Below the pieces are notes generated by a model, which searched no databases, was not told the DNA's origin, and was given only the letters and a program-made list of their open reading frames with translations. A stretch of 63,785 nt of DNA, counting the filler, from Cercozoa sp. M6MM (Eukaryota > Protista > Endomyxa: Ascetosporea), in the NCBI GenBank assembly GCA_040357565.1. It is 10 parts of 10 records of this genome, joined end to end, with 100 filler letters (N's around TTAATTAATTAA, not from the genome) between each part and the next. Parts side by side here need not be neighbours in the genome. Positions count along the whole stretch, not along the records: positions 24,738 to 28,092 come from JBDODJ010001490.1; positions 28,193 to 32,580 come from JBDODJ010001151.1; positions 32,681 to 36,386 come from JBDODJ010001343.1; positions 36,487 to 38,550 come from JBDODJ010001852.1; 6 more parts are not named here. One strand, written 5' to 3'. Position 1 is the first letter of the stretch, and each line of letters opens with the position of its first letter. The translations under genes were made by a program, and so were the position numbers. Below, in pieces: positions 25,340 through 36,832 of the stretch.

Positions 25340-27628
25340 ATGCAGCGTCGTGTGCTGTCACCACTGCAACAACTTCCGCGCGGACGAGTCCAACACCTTG
25401 CACAGGCGTGTCACTTCGCATCTTCTACCGTCAACATGAGCAACGGCAAGGCACTTCGTATGACGCCTGCATCGCGTATCCCTCCGCGTGACATGCAGCC
25501 GACGGTTTGGTATACACAACTGAAACTGAACCGTCAAAATGATCGGAGCAGCTCGGCCGCTTGCAAGGTTGTTTGGCCTGGGATCTTTTTGGATGTCGGT
25601 GTGAGCAGGCACCGTTTCACGCCGCTGGCGAAGGAGCTTAATGCCTGCAATCTCGGCCAGGGCTTTCCGGACTGGCCGATTCCGGAATTCCTGAAGCAAG
25701 CGATGTGCGAAGCTGTCAAAGCTGATTGTGAGTTTTGCTTCTGGAGGGGAAAACGAGCTTCTCACGTTTCTTCGATGAAGCTTAAACACTTTATGTTTCT
25801 GCAGTCAACCAGTACAGCAGGTCGCAGGGAACACCCGAGCTGTGTCAGAAGCTGGCCGAGTACTACGCCGAGCGTGGGCTCAACGTCGAGTGGGACAAGC
25901 AGGTATGCGTGTCGTCGGGTGCCACCGAGGCCATGCTGCTGCTGTGCCAGTCGCTTCTTGAAGAAGGCGACGAGGTCCTTGTGCTCGAACCGATCTTTGA
26001 CAACTACCTGCCTCGTACACTCAGCTTTCACAAAGCTTCAATGTCTTGCGCTTTCGCAAAGCTTTGAGTGAAGTTTCATTGTTTTGCCGCTTGCAGAGAT
26101 TAAGAGTGCCGGCGGTAAGGTCGTGCCGGTTCCGCTCGATGCCTCCAAGGGTCAGTGGTCGCTCGACTTGAACACGCTGCGAACCACGCTGTCGCAGTGC
26201 GAGCGTGCGCGAGTTTTGATTCTCAACTCGCCGCACAACCCGACGGTACTGCAAAACCGTTTGCCTCTTACCTTGCCTTACCTAGCATTGTTTTTTTTTT
26301 GCGTACTATCCCTTATCCTTTCTTCCTCTAGGGCCGCATGCTGAAGTCGCAAGAGGTCGACGAGATCGCTGAGATCCTCAAGGATTACCCGGACGTTGTC
26401 GTGGTCACCGAGTACGCCCCCTTTTATATTTTACCCCTCCCCCTTCTTTTTTATTTACCCCCCCCCCCCCCGATACAGCGAAGTGTATGAGCACATGACG
26501 TACAACGGCAACGAGCATGTAACGTGTTTTTTGTATTGTCTTGCGTGTTGTTGTTACTGGTGGAGGTCCATAGCTTTTCCTGGGCGCACACCCGGCGCTG
26601 GCGAACCGCACCGTAACGATGTCGTCGGCCTCCAAAACTTTTGGTGTCACTGGTTGGAAGATTGGCTGGGCCGTGGTACTTTTAACTGAGTTGCATGTGT
26701 AAATATGTGCGTGACGATTGACGTGCGAGGTATTCAACAGGGACCCGAGCATCTGATCTACCCGATGACGATCTTCCATCAGTTTGTGTCCTTCTGCGTG
26801 TCCACGCCAGCGCAGGTGTTTGCAGCATACTATCCACCCCTCCCGTTATCTTTATATTGATGTTTCTAGATCGCTCTGGCCTCGGCATTGGACACGGCCA
26901 AGCTGCCCTACGAAGGTACCAATTGATACCAACTCCAGCTGATACAGGCTGATACTGATCAAGCACACACTGTTTAGGTAAGCCGTCGTACTTTGAGTGG
27001 CTGCGACAAGAGTATGAACGCAAGCGCGGCATTCTGCTGCAGGCATTGTACCTTTTGCCCTTTAACCCTATGTCCCTCTCCTTACTACACTCCTCCCCTC
27101 CCAGGGAAGCCGCTGGTCTGGAAACCTATCCCCCCGACGGTGGTTTCTTCATCATCGCCGACTGCTCCAACGTGCTGGTAGGCTCGGACTGTACTGTAGG
27201 AAGTGACTATGCGATGTCTCTTGCTTGTAGCCACTTGTGTCGGACAAGTATCGCAAGATGACCACGCCTGGCGGTGCTCCTGTGACGCAAGGTGCCTCGT
27301 CCCGTTTGCCTTTTCTGCTCCACTCTGACTCTGGCTGATGTCTAGACTGGGCGATCTCGGAGTGGCTCGCGCATGAGGTTGGTGTCGCAACGATCCCACT
27401 CGCCTCCTTCTACACCGATGAGCACAAGGAGCGTGCCGCCACTCTCGTGCGCTTCGCCTTCTGCAAGCAGGTAGTGCGCTAGTCTTCTCATCCTTTCTCA
27501 CTGGACTGGACATACACATTTGTTTGTACGCGTGTTTCTGCATCTGTGTCTGTGTGCAGGACGACGTGCTGCATGAGGCCGCAGAACGCCTCGCCAAGAT
27601 TCCCGTCATGCTCCAGGAGTCGGCTTAA
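25340..27628 (+). CDS. Kynurenine/glutamine aminotransferase (class I PLP, KYAT/YbdL family)
   Basis: NLGQGFPD, NQYSRSQG, SSGATEA, GDEVLVLEP, LNSPHNPTG, TDEVYEH, PLP-lysine motif SASKTFGVTGWKIGW, VRFAFCK. Presequence-like N-terminus. Confidence 0.93.
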
Positions 27629-27829
27629 GCCGAGCATATCGACTAGCGCGACGTCCGGTCAGTTTTGGTTTGTCGGGTCGGGTCGAGTCGGTACCGTACG
27701 TATGGCCGGATCCGGACTCACGCTCTCGTCTAGTCATGTATCATATCGTATCATCGCATCGCATCCTTCATATACATAGTACTTACAGTAAACGTACGCT
27801 ATTTGAATTCTATTCCATCTCGACTACCG

Positions 27830-28025
27830 GACTCCAAAAAGACTTATCGGGGGACTTCTTGGGGAAGTCAACGCAAGGATCTTACTGGGGAAGTCAAAGG
27901 GACTTCACTAGACTTCACTGGGACTTAACTAGGAGGAGATGATGGACCCTAAGTGGGTGTTAAGCTAGGGCCATGCACTTGTGACCCACCCCAGGACTGG
28001 TAGAGGGAAATGAACTAACTACGAT
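27830..28025 (+). repeat. SINE-like repeat sharing the LINE 3' end, preceded by GACTT(C)ACTGG-type tandem units
   Basis: CCCTAAGTGGG...GGCCATGCACTTGTGACCCACCCCAGGACTGGTAGAGGG...AACTAACTA matches 13072-13169. Confidence 0.6.
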
Positions 28026-28053
28026 AACTCTATAGCAGGTGTTCACTAGTGCG

Positions 28054-28092
<39 letters not shown>

Positions 28093-28206
28093 NNNNNNNN
28101 NNNNNNNNNNNNNNNNNNNNNNNNNNNNNNNNNNNNTTAATTAATTAANNNNNNNNNNNNNNNNNNNNNNNNNNNNNNNNNNNNNNNNNNNNCCCCCCCC
28201 CCTCCA

Positions 28207-28520
28207 GTGAGTCTGAGCATCCCACTGGCCATGCTGGCCGATATCGTTTTCGTCAACAAGACCTTCTCGCCTCTCTACTGTACTACCTCCTTACCCCCGC
28301 CCCCTGCCCCTCCCCCACCCCCACCCCGTAGACACAGGCGCCGTCTGCGTACTGCTCGGCTTTGTGCTGGTGCAGCAGGCGCAGAAACCGACCCAAGTGG
28401 ACAGTGGCGGACAGCCGACCGTCCGCGCGGACGAAAACGAGCCGGCTGACTCGGACACGAGAGAAACGACGCGCCCGTTACTGCCTATCATCGAACCCGA
28501 ATCCATAAACGCTCGCTTGA
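28207..28520 (+). CDS. SLC35F/DMT-family transporter, last exons
   Basis: SLSIPLAMLADIVF...FSPLYYTGAVCVLLGFVLV is typical of the SLC35F5/Thi74 C-terminus. Confidence 0.65.
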
Positions 28521-29149
28521 TTTAAACTGAATTAAAACGTCTTTCAAACGACTTCAAAGTCGGTTTAGTAACGCCAGCACATCCCGACACCGATCAACAC
28601 CGCTTTTAGTGACGTGGTGAGTAATTTCGGTGCAGCATCAACCCGTACTGATACCGCACCGCACAGCCGCATGTGCTGCGTGCGTGACAGGTCACTGGCA
28701 GGGCGGTATCATCGCCAATCAACTGTCGGATTTTTTGTCCCAAAGAACAGCCGGTGCAAAAAAAACGAGGCACGAGACCGAAACCGTCGAGATTGCACGA
28801 GAACATCGCGCTCGTCACAACCGTTGGGTGCACGAGATCGCTCGAGATCACAAGGAGATCACAACGATTACACACCGATCGAAACTGGCACGACTTGGCC
28901 GGTTGATGGTTGGCTGGTCAGCTGAAAAACCGTGGTGTTACTCAGGACCAGTCAAGTCAGCTGTTCCTGGGACCTTTTCGAACCAGTCGGACGCAAGTAT
29001 CAATTGCAAGAGCGACCGTATCTTAAGCTGTGCGATACTACACAGTAAAATACACGTACTGTACTGACACCGTTGGCGAATTCTCTGCGTGCGAAAGTGA
29101 ATCAAAGCAACCGGTTAGCTAGGACAGACCAAGGAGAACGTGGAGGACT

Positions 29150-32100
29150 ATGCGCATTCCGATCCTCTCCGTGTTGGTACCATTTTTTGCTGTGTTGCTG
29201 GGCAGTGCAAAAGTGCCGCTGCTCCGACACGTGTTGACACGATGTACGTGTCATAGGCATCGGTGGTTGCGTCGCTGGCGTCCAATACCAACACCGTGGT
29301 GTACCCGTACATTCGACAATGGAGCTCGTGTTGGGGTACTCTACACCTGGATACTTTCTTCATACCTTCCTGGATTTCAGTCTACCTACTTCCCTGCTCT
29401 AGTGGACCGAGTGTACAAGCCAAGCAATGTGGCCGATGTCATCTCTATCGTCCAGGAGGCCAACACTATGGTGCTTCCTATCGTTAATGTATGCATGTAA
29501 GTTACTGTATGTACATGGCCAGGGGAAGGCACCTTTGATCTCGGCAATGGGCCGCGGTACTCTGTCAATTTACCCCCCCCCCCCTCCCTTGTGAGAGTTT
29601 ATATAATGAACTGTACAGGCATGGCGCCGACGTTCTCGTGGTGTCCGTCGGAGCAGCCCGACGCTTTGGACCGGTTCTACGCTACTTACAGAACAATACC
29701 TTTTATCTCGTCCACGTGGTTTTAATGTGTGCCGTTTAGACAACTGATGGGCCGTCTGGACACGCGAGAGAAGTGGCTGGTGCGACTGCCCAATGATGCG
29801 CCTGCTGGTACCAACACGAGTACTCCTGTCTCGTGTCTGAACTAGTATCTCTTGTATTGACTTTAGGCGACCTAAGTTGGATCAACATCAACACCAGAAA
29901 GATGGAGGTGACTGCCGGTTGTGGCACTACAGTTTCGCAGGTGCGGACTTNNNNNNNNNNACCGTTCACCTGGTCACTCTATTGAAGCTGGTACATTAAA
30001 TTGATCTTGCGGGCACACAGGTGATGAAGGAAGCAGCCACACTTGCCGACTTGGTGACATCGTTCGACCTCGTCGATGGCACTGGCACTGTACCCTTGCA
30101 CCACCCTGTCCAGTATTTGTACATGGTGGTATGTGGGACGACAGGTGCAGACCTACAAGAAGCAAAAGGCACGCAAGCATGCCGTCAACTTTGGGGCATT
30201 GGGAATTATGACGTCCGTAACTATTCGCATCGAGCCGCGACAAGCCGCGACGGCTCAGGCGTACTGTCCTCTACACATTGTATTTATAGATCTTAATATA
30301 CACAATGTATGTAGGTACACATTGAGCTACACGAACGACACGATGACAGAGGTTATGGACGAAATGTTGTTACAGGTACGTAGATCGTAATATACCGGAA
30401 CTATGGGGGTATGTACCCGAGGCAACGCAGATCAAGCGAGACTGCACCAACGGGCAGTTCAACTGGTTCCCAGGACACCAAAAGTTCGTGCTCTTCTGTA
30501 TCCACAAGATCGGCGAAGCGAGTGCTGCTGGTAGATTTATCTTGCAATGTAGGGGAGGGATTCAGTTCGCATGTGTAGCGGCCGCTCGGGGCAAGACGTT
30601 GGACGATTTGACGGCGACGAACTATTTTTTCGCACCTCAGAGTGTCGCCGATCGACAGGTATACCCAACTTGTAGGGACAAGGTGCATGTTTGTACACAC
30701 GACACATCCCTCAGGCCGAGACGGAGCAGTTCGATGCCATTGTAGCCACTCAGTTCAACTCGGCCGCTTTTGTGGACGAGACCTGTGGTAGCACTAACCA
30801 TTTTACCCTCCCCCTTTGCTTCCTGTTTATCTTTCTTTATGTGAGCAGATGTGACCTCGTACACGATGAATGTACTGACGTCGCCGCACGTCTTTGGTGC
30901 TGGCTCATTTCCTGCCCTCGGGTACTACGACCGCATGTGCATGTCCTCGCTGTGCGACGACCTCAACGCCTGCGCCTACCAGTATCAGGTGCTGCAGGTA
31001 ACATTCATACTAGATATGTACGTTGAAATGTCTATCTATATATATATGTATATAGATATTATCTACGTATGTTTGACGATGATGTATCTTGCGAGCAGAA
31101 TGGCACAATTCTGCCGTCGCGTCGGTACACCAACTTGGACGTGTCGGTGCCTCTGAGCCGCATGAGCGAAGTCTTTGTCGCCTTTGAGCAGCAGCGACTC
31201 GCGCTTTTTGGTGGCGCTTGGTATATTTAGTATATACTCTATATGTATAAATATATATATATATATCCATATACGGACACGTTGGCAGCCTGTCGTCGTA
31301 CGGAGTGTCGCTGCACGTGCGTCTGATGAATGCACCCGGCGTGGCTCTCCTCGGTCCAGCCAAAGGCAAGGTGGGCTTGTCTTGATACATACTTTATATA
31401 TATATATAAATATATATATATAAATGTATTATATGGGACAGAGAGCGGTGTTGGAGATTGTGACGCACGTTCCGTCGCACACGCTGGCGTGGCGCGAGCA
31501 GGCCATGCAGGACACTCTCGTACCACTTCAATCTCCTTGTTGCCTGACGTATATCCTACATCCTATATTACCCCCCCCCCCCCGCAGCGGCATATCGTGG
31601 TGGACGTGGTGGGTGACGAGGCCTACTTCCACGCCGGCAAGAACAGCCCGGCTTCCTTTCGTATGGCTGCACAGGTACACTCGATCTAAACTCACCTGGG
31701 ATTTTATGTCTGTATGTATGGATATGCACAGGCGGGCAAATCGCAGTTCCGAAAGTCGCAGTCCAAGCGATTCGAGACGTACTCTTTTGCATCCTCACTG
31801 AGACTCAGGGAGGTAAACTGACTTTTTCACTGGGTAGAGAACGTCAGCGCCGCGACCCGGGCAACCTGTTCAACATCGAGTTCGTGCGCAACTTTGTCAC
31901 GCCCGACCGTGACGACACGTTGGATCTGGTATCCTCTGGTTATCTGATTAAGGAAACGGCGTCCCAAAAAGATACATGATTAACATACTGCAGTCCTACG
32001 ACGGTTGCGGTATCACCGGGCATTGCGTGTGCAGGTACAATATTTGTTTCATATTCCTCTGAGTGGGAATTTTTTATTTGAAAAACAGCATGCCAAGTCA

Positions 32101-32161
32101 CTGCGGACCCTTTGGCGTTTGTCTCCCCAACGGCGCCTGCGATGTTGCCGTCATGGCGTAG
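29150..32161 (+). CDS. Secreted FAD-linked aldonolactone oxidoreductase, plant L-gulonolactone oxidase (GULLO)-like
   Basis: Signal peptide, YKPSNVADVISIV, VTAGCGTT, LVTSFDLVDGTG, VNFGALGIMTSVT, FNWFP, FHAGKN, DPGNLF and Cys-rich tail DGCGITGHCVCS...HCGPFGVC. A 10-N gap lies inside the gene. Confidence 0.8.
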
Positions 32162-32357
32162 ACAACATCTACCTCAAATCGCTGCCGGGCCTCTTTTCGC
32201 CGCTTGTAAACATCAGTATTGAAATGAATCTCGGTCTATTTATCTGCTTCGCCGTTGCACTCGTGACAGATCGGCATAGCTTTAGTGTGGTTGAAGTGAA
32301 ATATTATAGATGGCATCGCATGAATAAGAAGACACTTTTCGTCCACCCCCGAGAGCC

Positions 32358-32480
32358 CAGTGCCGGTAATTTCCCGGGAACTGCTGGTGAATTTCTGTGA
32401 ACGGAAATTACCGGAAATTTTCCGGGTAATAAATTGAATTTTTTATCAAAGGCACGTGCCGATATACCGGTAATTACAAG
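32358..32480. repeat. Possible DNA transposon (hAT-like) end with palindromic subterminal motifs
   Basis: Starts CAGTG. Perfect 12-bp inverted pair CCGGTAATTTCC / GGAAATTACCGG and further CCGG(G)TAAT copies. The other end is beyond the contig. Confidence 0.35.
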
Positions 32481-32933
32481 TAAAACTCCTTATAGACGTA
32501 TATACGTTCTCGGAAAATGCCAAAATTGACGACTACTACCCTTGAATTTCTTTAATAAATTGCTTAATAATTTGAATCGANNNNNNNNNNNNNNNNNNNN
32601 NNNNNNNNNNNNNNNNNNNNNNNNTTAATTAATTAANNNNNNNNNNNNNNNNNNNNNNNNNNNNNNNNNNNNNNNNNNNNCCCCCCCCCGCTGCATTGAT
32701 CAGTACTTTACGGGTGTAGTACTGCTGACGGGTCAAGGACTGAGCGCGTGCAATCAGCAAGCTGGTGAGCTGTGCGAGAACGCGTGCATCGACGCTGCCT
32801 GTATCGCTCTCAAGACCTTCGAAAACTACGACGGCAAGCCTGTGGGCGCGTTGTCTCCGCCGACTGTACCTTACGGCAGCTCTGGCAACTAACGCTACCC
32901 GACCACCGTGGCCAGTACCGATACCGATACCGG

Positions 32934-32984
<51 letters not shown>

Positions 32985-33084
32985 NNNNNNNNNNNNNNNN
33001 NNNNNNNNNNNNNNNNNNNNNNNNNNNNNNNNNNNNNNNNNNNNNNNNNNNNNNNNNNNNNNNNNNNNNNNNNNNNNNNNNNNN

Positions 33085-33127
<43 letters not shown>

Positions 33128-33150
33128 CGATGGGCAGAGCTAGTTGAGTA

Positions 33151-33528
33151 TGCTACAGACTGACTCAGAATATGCAGTCTTCGCGGGGATAAACCCAGAC
33201 AGACCAGTTGGTCTCCCATCATTGAAGCAAAAGAGAAAGAAGAGTTAAGAGTTTGTGGCTCTGCGATTGAGCCTGCCAGTTGGCAAAGAGAAAACCTCAT
33301 CTACTTGGCATCAGCTGAGAGAAGGGGTTTTTTTTAAATCTTCTCACGATTTTCCCTGAGACGGAAGATTCCGTCTACAACTTCGTCTAGTTTGACGTAA
33401 GAACCCAGTTGGGGTAATTCTTCACTTCGCTTCTACAAACTGAATCGAATCAATTGATTCCCTCGCTTCGTCTAATTGACGACTTACTTCTTTTATTTAG
33501 TTCTTTTCACTGACAACCGTCAGAAACA
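33151..33528. mobile_element. Solo LTR (copy 1)
   Basis: TG...CA termini (TGCTACAGAC...GTCAGAAACA), 4-bp TSD AGTA on both sides, highly similar to 54347-54822 in reverse orientation. Confidence 0.85.
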
Positions 33529-33682
33529 AGTATAACACCGACTCAAGCGAAGACGATAGAAAGTTCGGCCACGACGTGGGCAACGCAAAAATCAAAAATG
33601 AAAAATCAATAAACTATCACGTCACGTCAGAAGTAGACGAGTCGACGCGAGTCGTGTCGTGTCCAAGCTTGAGCCGACGTTA

Positions 33683-34416
33683 TTAGGATGGCGGCGTCAA
33701 ATTTGACCCTGGGCGACGAGACAATGCAGCAGTAATCTCAACTCGGACAACACAAAAGAAAGAAAGCTGCGGGGTACCGATCGGGAATTGCCACTGCGTT
33801 TTTCGCGTCTTGAGATTGTAGTAGTACACACGTCCGCTGGCGTCGTGTGCTTCGCGCCACTGCATGTTGACGTCCTCCTGATCTGCCTGCGACTCGGGTC
33901 TCGGCGGTGACACGGCTGCAAAACCAGAATCACAACCCACTTGTGAAAGGATTGAATGGACTTGTGTTACAAGCAGATGAGGCGCCGCTGGTCGAGGCGC
34001 GGAACGAGATGCTCTTGCGTTGCGGCGGCAACGGCGACGTGACAGAAACGTTCGAAGCAGACACGCTGCGCACCTTGAGTGGCGGCTTCCGAATCTGCTC
34101 AGTCAAGTCACCAGAATTCACAAATCAGACAAATGAGACAAATACAGAAAATACACAAAAAAAGTGATAAAGGGCTACCTGCAAGCTGATTGAGCGATTG
34201 CGCGCGTGTGTCTGCACCGGGGTGGTCCTACCGAGCACTAGCGGTGATGCCGGCGCGTTCGAGCCCGTGACCGGTGGTGTAGACGGAGCTGAGATAGGGT
34301 TGGCGCCGGGTGAAGGAGGAACCGACAAGCGGCGTGTTTCCGGAGTTCGTAGACTCTGTTTTGATAAAAATAAACAAACCAAACAATCAACAGCTCTAAA
34401 GGCAAACGAGAGTATC

Positions 34417-34505
<89 letters not shown>

Positions 34506-36386
34506 TACCCGAATCGGCGTGCGTTGCGGTGTGGCAGGCGCCTCCCGGTCGCTGGTGGCGTCGCTGTCATACTCGGACTGACTGTGCTGTATTTGCTGCG
34601 ACTGGTGTCGCTGGTGCTGCCGCGTCTGTTGTCGCATGGCCTGCTGGTAACGGCGCTTCCACAGGTCCACTTCAGTCTGCAGCTGCCGGATGCGGTCCGA
34701 CATCTGCTGCACCGTGTCGTCCATGACTTGCGAGAGTGACGACAGCAGTTCGCCGTCTTTTGTCTTTTGCTGCTGCTGCGAAGACGGCGAGGCTAGGCCC
34801 TGCTCGCTCAGCAGTGCGTTGTGTCTGCTCGGACACACGTCAAATAAGCTCACATTTGTCCACAAATCCCTCAGCTGAACCCCATAAGACATAGTTGAGC
34901 CCATACGACACAAACGAACCCAAAAAAAGACACAAATGAGCCCATAAGACACAAATGAGCCCATAAGACACAAATGAGCCCATGAGACACAATTAAGCGC
35001 AATCAACTACCGTTTGAGCTCCTCGACCTGCTCGAGCAGGTTGTCCTGCCGCAGTATGAGTCGCGCGTTCTCGCGAGTCAGTTCGGTCACGCGTCGCTCG
35101 AACTCCTCCTCTTTCTGCGACCACTGTCGCTCCTTCTCCTTCTGCACACAGTAGCCACATGACAGTAACGCACAACAGAGCACAAGTGCAGACGGTCAAA
35201 AGCAAGGGGACAACTGCACCATGGATGTCTTCTTTCTGCGTCGTCTCTGCGCAGCTGCTGTGTTGGACGGGTAGTTCGGCGGTGGCAACTCCTGTACGCG
35301 GGGAAGGGGGTAAAGGGAGGGTTAGGAAAGGGGTAGGAAAGGTAAAGGGAGGGGTAGGGAAGGGCTGGGGAGGGGTAGGGAAGGGCTGGGGAGGGGTAGG
35401 GAAGGGTACATGCATCGGCGGCGGCAGCGGCACCGCAGGCGGCGGCGGCGTCTCTGGCTTTGACTTGGCCTGCACGCGGAAGCGCGTCGGCACGCGGAAC
35501 AGCGCCGACACGGGTCGGTGGTCGCTCGTCAGCGGTCGCTCGCTGCGGCGGTACCACTGCTGCACCACCTGTGCGCCTTGCTGCACACGCACAACACACA
35601 CACATGATGCATATCTACATTGATATTGTGATATGGCCCATATATAATATATATATATATATATATATGTATCTATACATATAGTATGTTATAAATAAAT
35701 CTATATAGAAATAGATATGGTGTATACAATGTTATATAGATATAGTGAGATGGAATATACATATATAAATATATATTTATAACATACTATAAAATACAAT
35801 GTAGATATATATATATATACATATATATATATAGATAGATAGACATAGACAGGTACCTCGATGGCCTTGGGCGACAGGCGCCACAGCACGCGGTCGCACC
35901 AGGCCGGCACGCGCTTCTTGCCGGACTCGCCGCGGTCGTACTTCTCCGTGTTGGGCAGGTACTTGTAGGTCGGCGCGAAGGGCAGCACGCCCTCCGAGAA
36001 GCCGACGAACGTGGCCTGCTTGCGGCGCTCCTGGTTCAGCTGGTCGTACTTGATCAGCTCGGCAATGTCGTCCTGTCCCAGCAGATGGTGCACCGTCGCA
36101 AAGTCGAGATTGATGCGGTAGTTCAGGTCGCCCGCCCAGAACAGAAAGTCGTGCGTGAAGATCGTCAGCTTGCCGCTACCACTCGTCTGTTTTGGCAACT
36201 TGGACGCCTCGCTTGCCTCCACCTATCGGGGGGGGGGGGGGGGGTATAGGGGCAAGGGGCAAGGGGCAAGGGGCAAGGGGCAAGGGGCAAGGGCAGGGCT
36301 GGGACGGGGTAAAACTACAGTGTCGATCATGGACAGGTCGTTGAGCGGGTGCGCTGCCGCCACAGCAGCCGCCGCCTGCTCGTGAA
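33683..36386 (-). CDS. Inositol polyphosphate 5-phosphatase with coiled coil and C-terminal WW domain (5' truncated)
   Basis: FWAGDLNYRI, DQL, FAPTYKY, RVPAWCDRVLW, SDHRPV. WW domain WREAHDASGRVYYYNLKTRKTQWQFP. Confidence 0.92.
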
Positions 36387-36832
36387 NNNNNNNNNNNNNN
36401 NNNNNNNNNNNNNNNNNNNNNNNNNNNNNNTTAATTAATTAANNNNNNNNNNNNNNNNNNNNNNNNNNNNNNNNNNNNNNNNNNNNAATCCTCCTCTGCT
36501 CCGGCCGGAGGAGTCTTTCGTCTTGCCGGAGCACAAGGACCAGCGCATTATCCGAGCATTCCGTTGTCGGAAATCAGCACAACGCGGTCCGTTCTAACCA
36601 GACAGAATGACGGAAACCATCGATGCTCAGAACCACCGTGACGCTGGCCGGAGAGTCAGCGCGCCGACTGGGTAGCCCACAGTGCTTGCACTGTAGCTGC
36701 TACACGCCGTTGGATAAACCACTAACACCTGGCACTGTAGGGATTAGTTAGTTTAACCATATGCCACTCGGATGCGACAGGTGATGTTGGCGCTCCCGTA
36801 TCCCACCCACTATCGTCTGTTTGCATTGTTCC

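Noticed and set aside
32629-33300. ORFs with (CV)n or (HT)n repeats, also at 34.4, 40.6-41.2, 44.1, 49.8, 51.0 and 55.2 kb
   Set aside because: These are translations of (CA)n/(GT)n microsatellites and N gaps.
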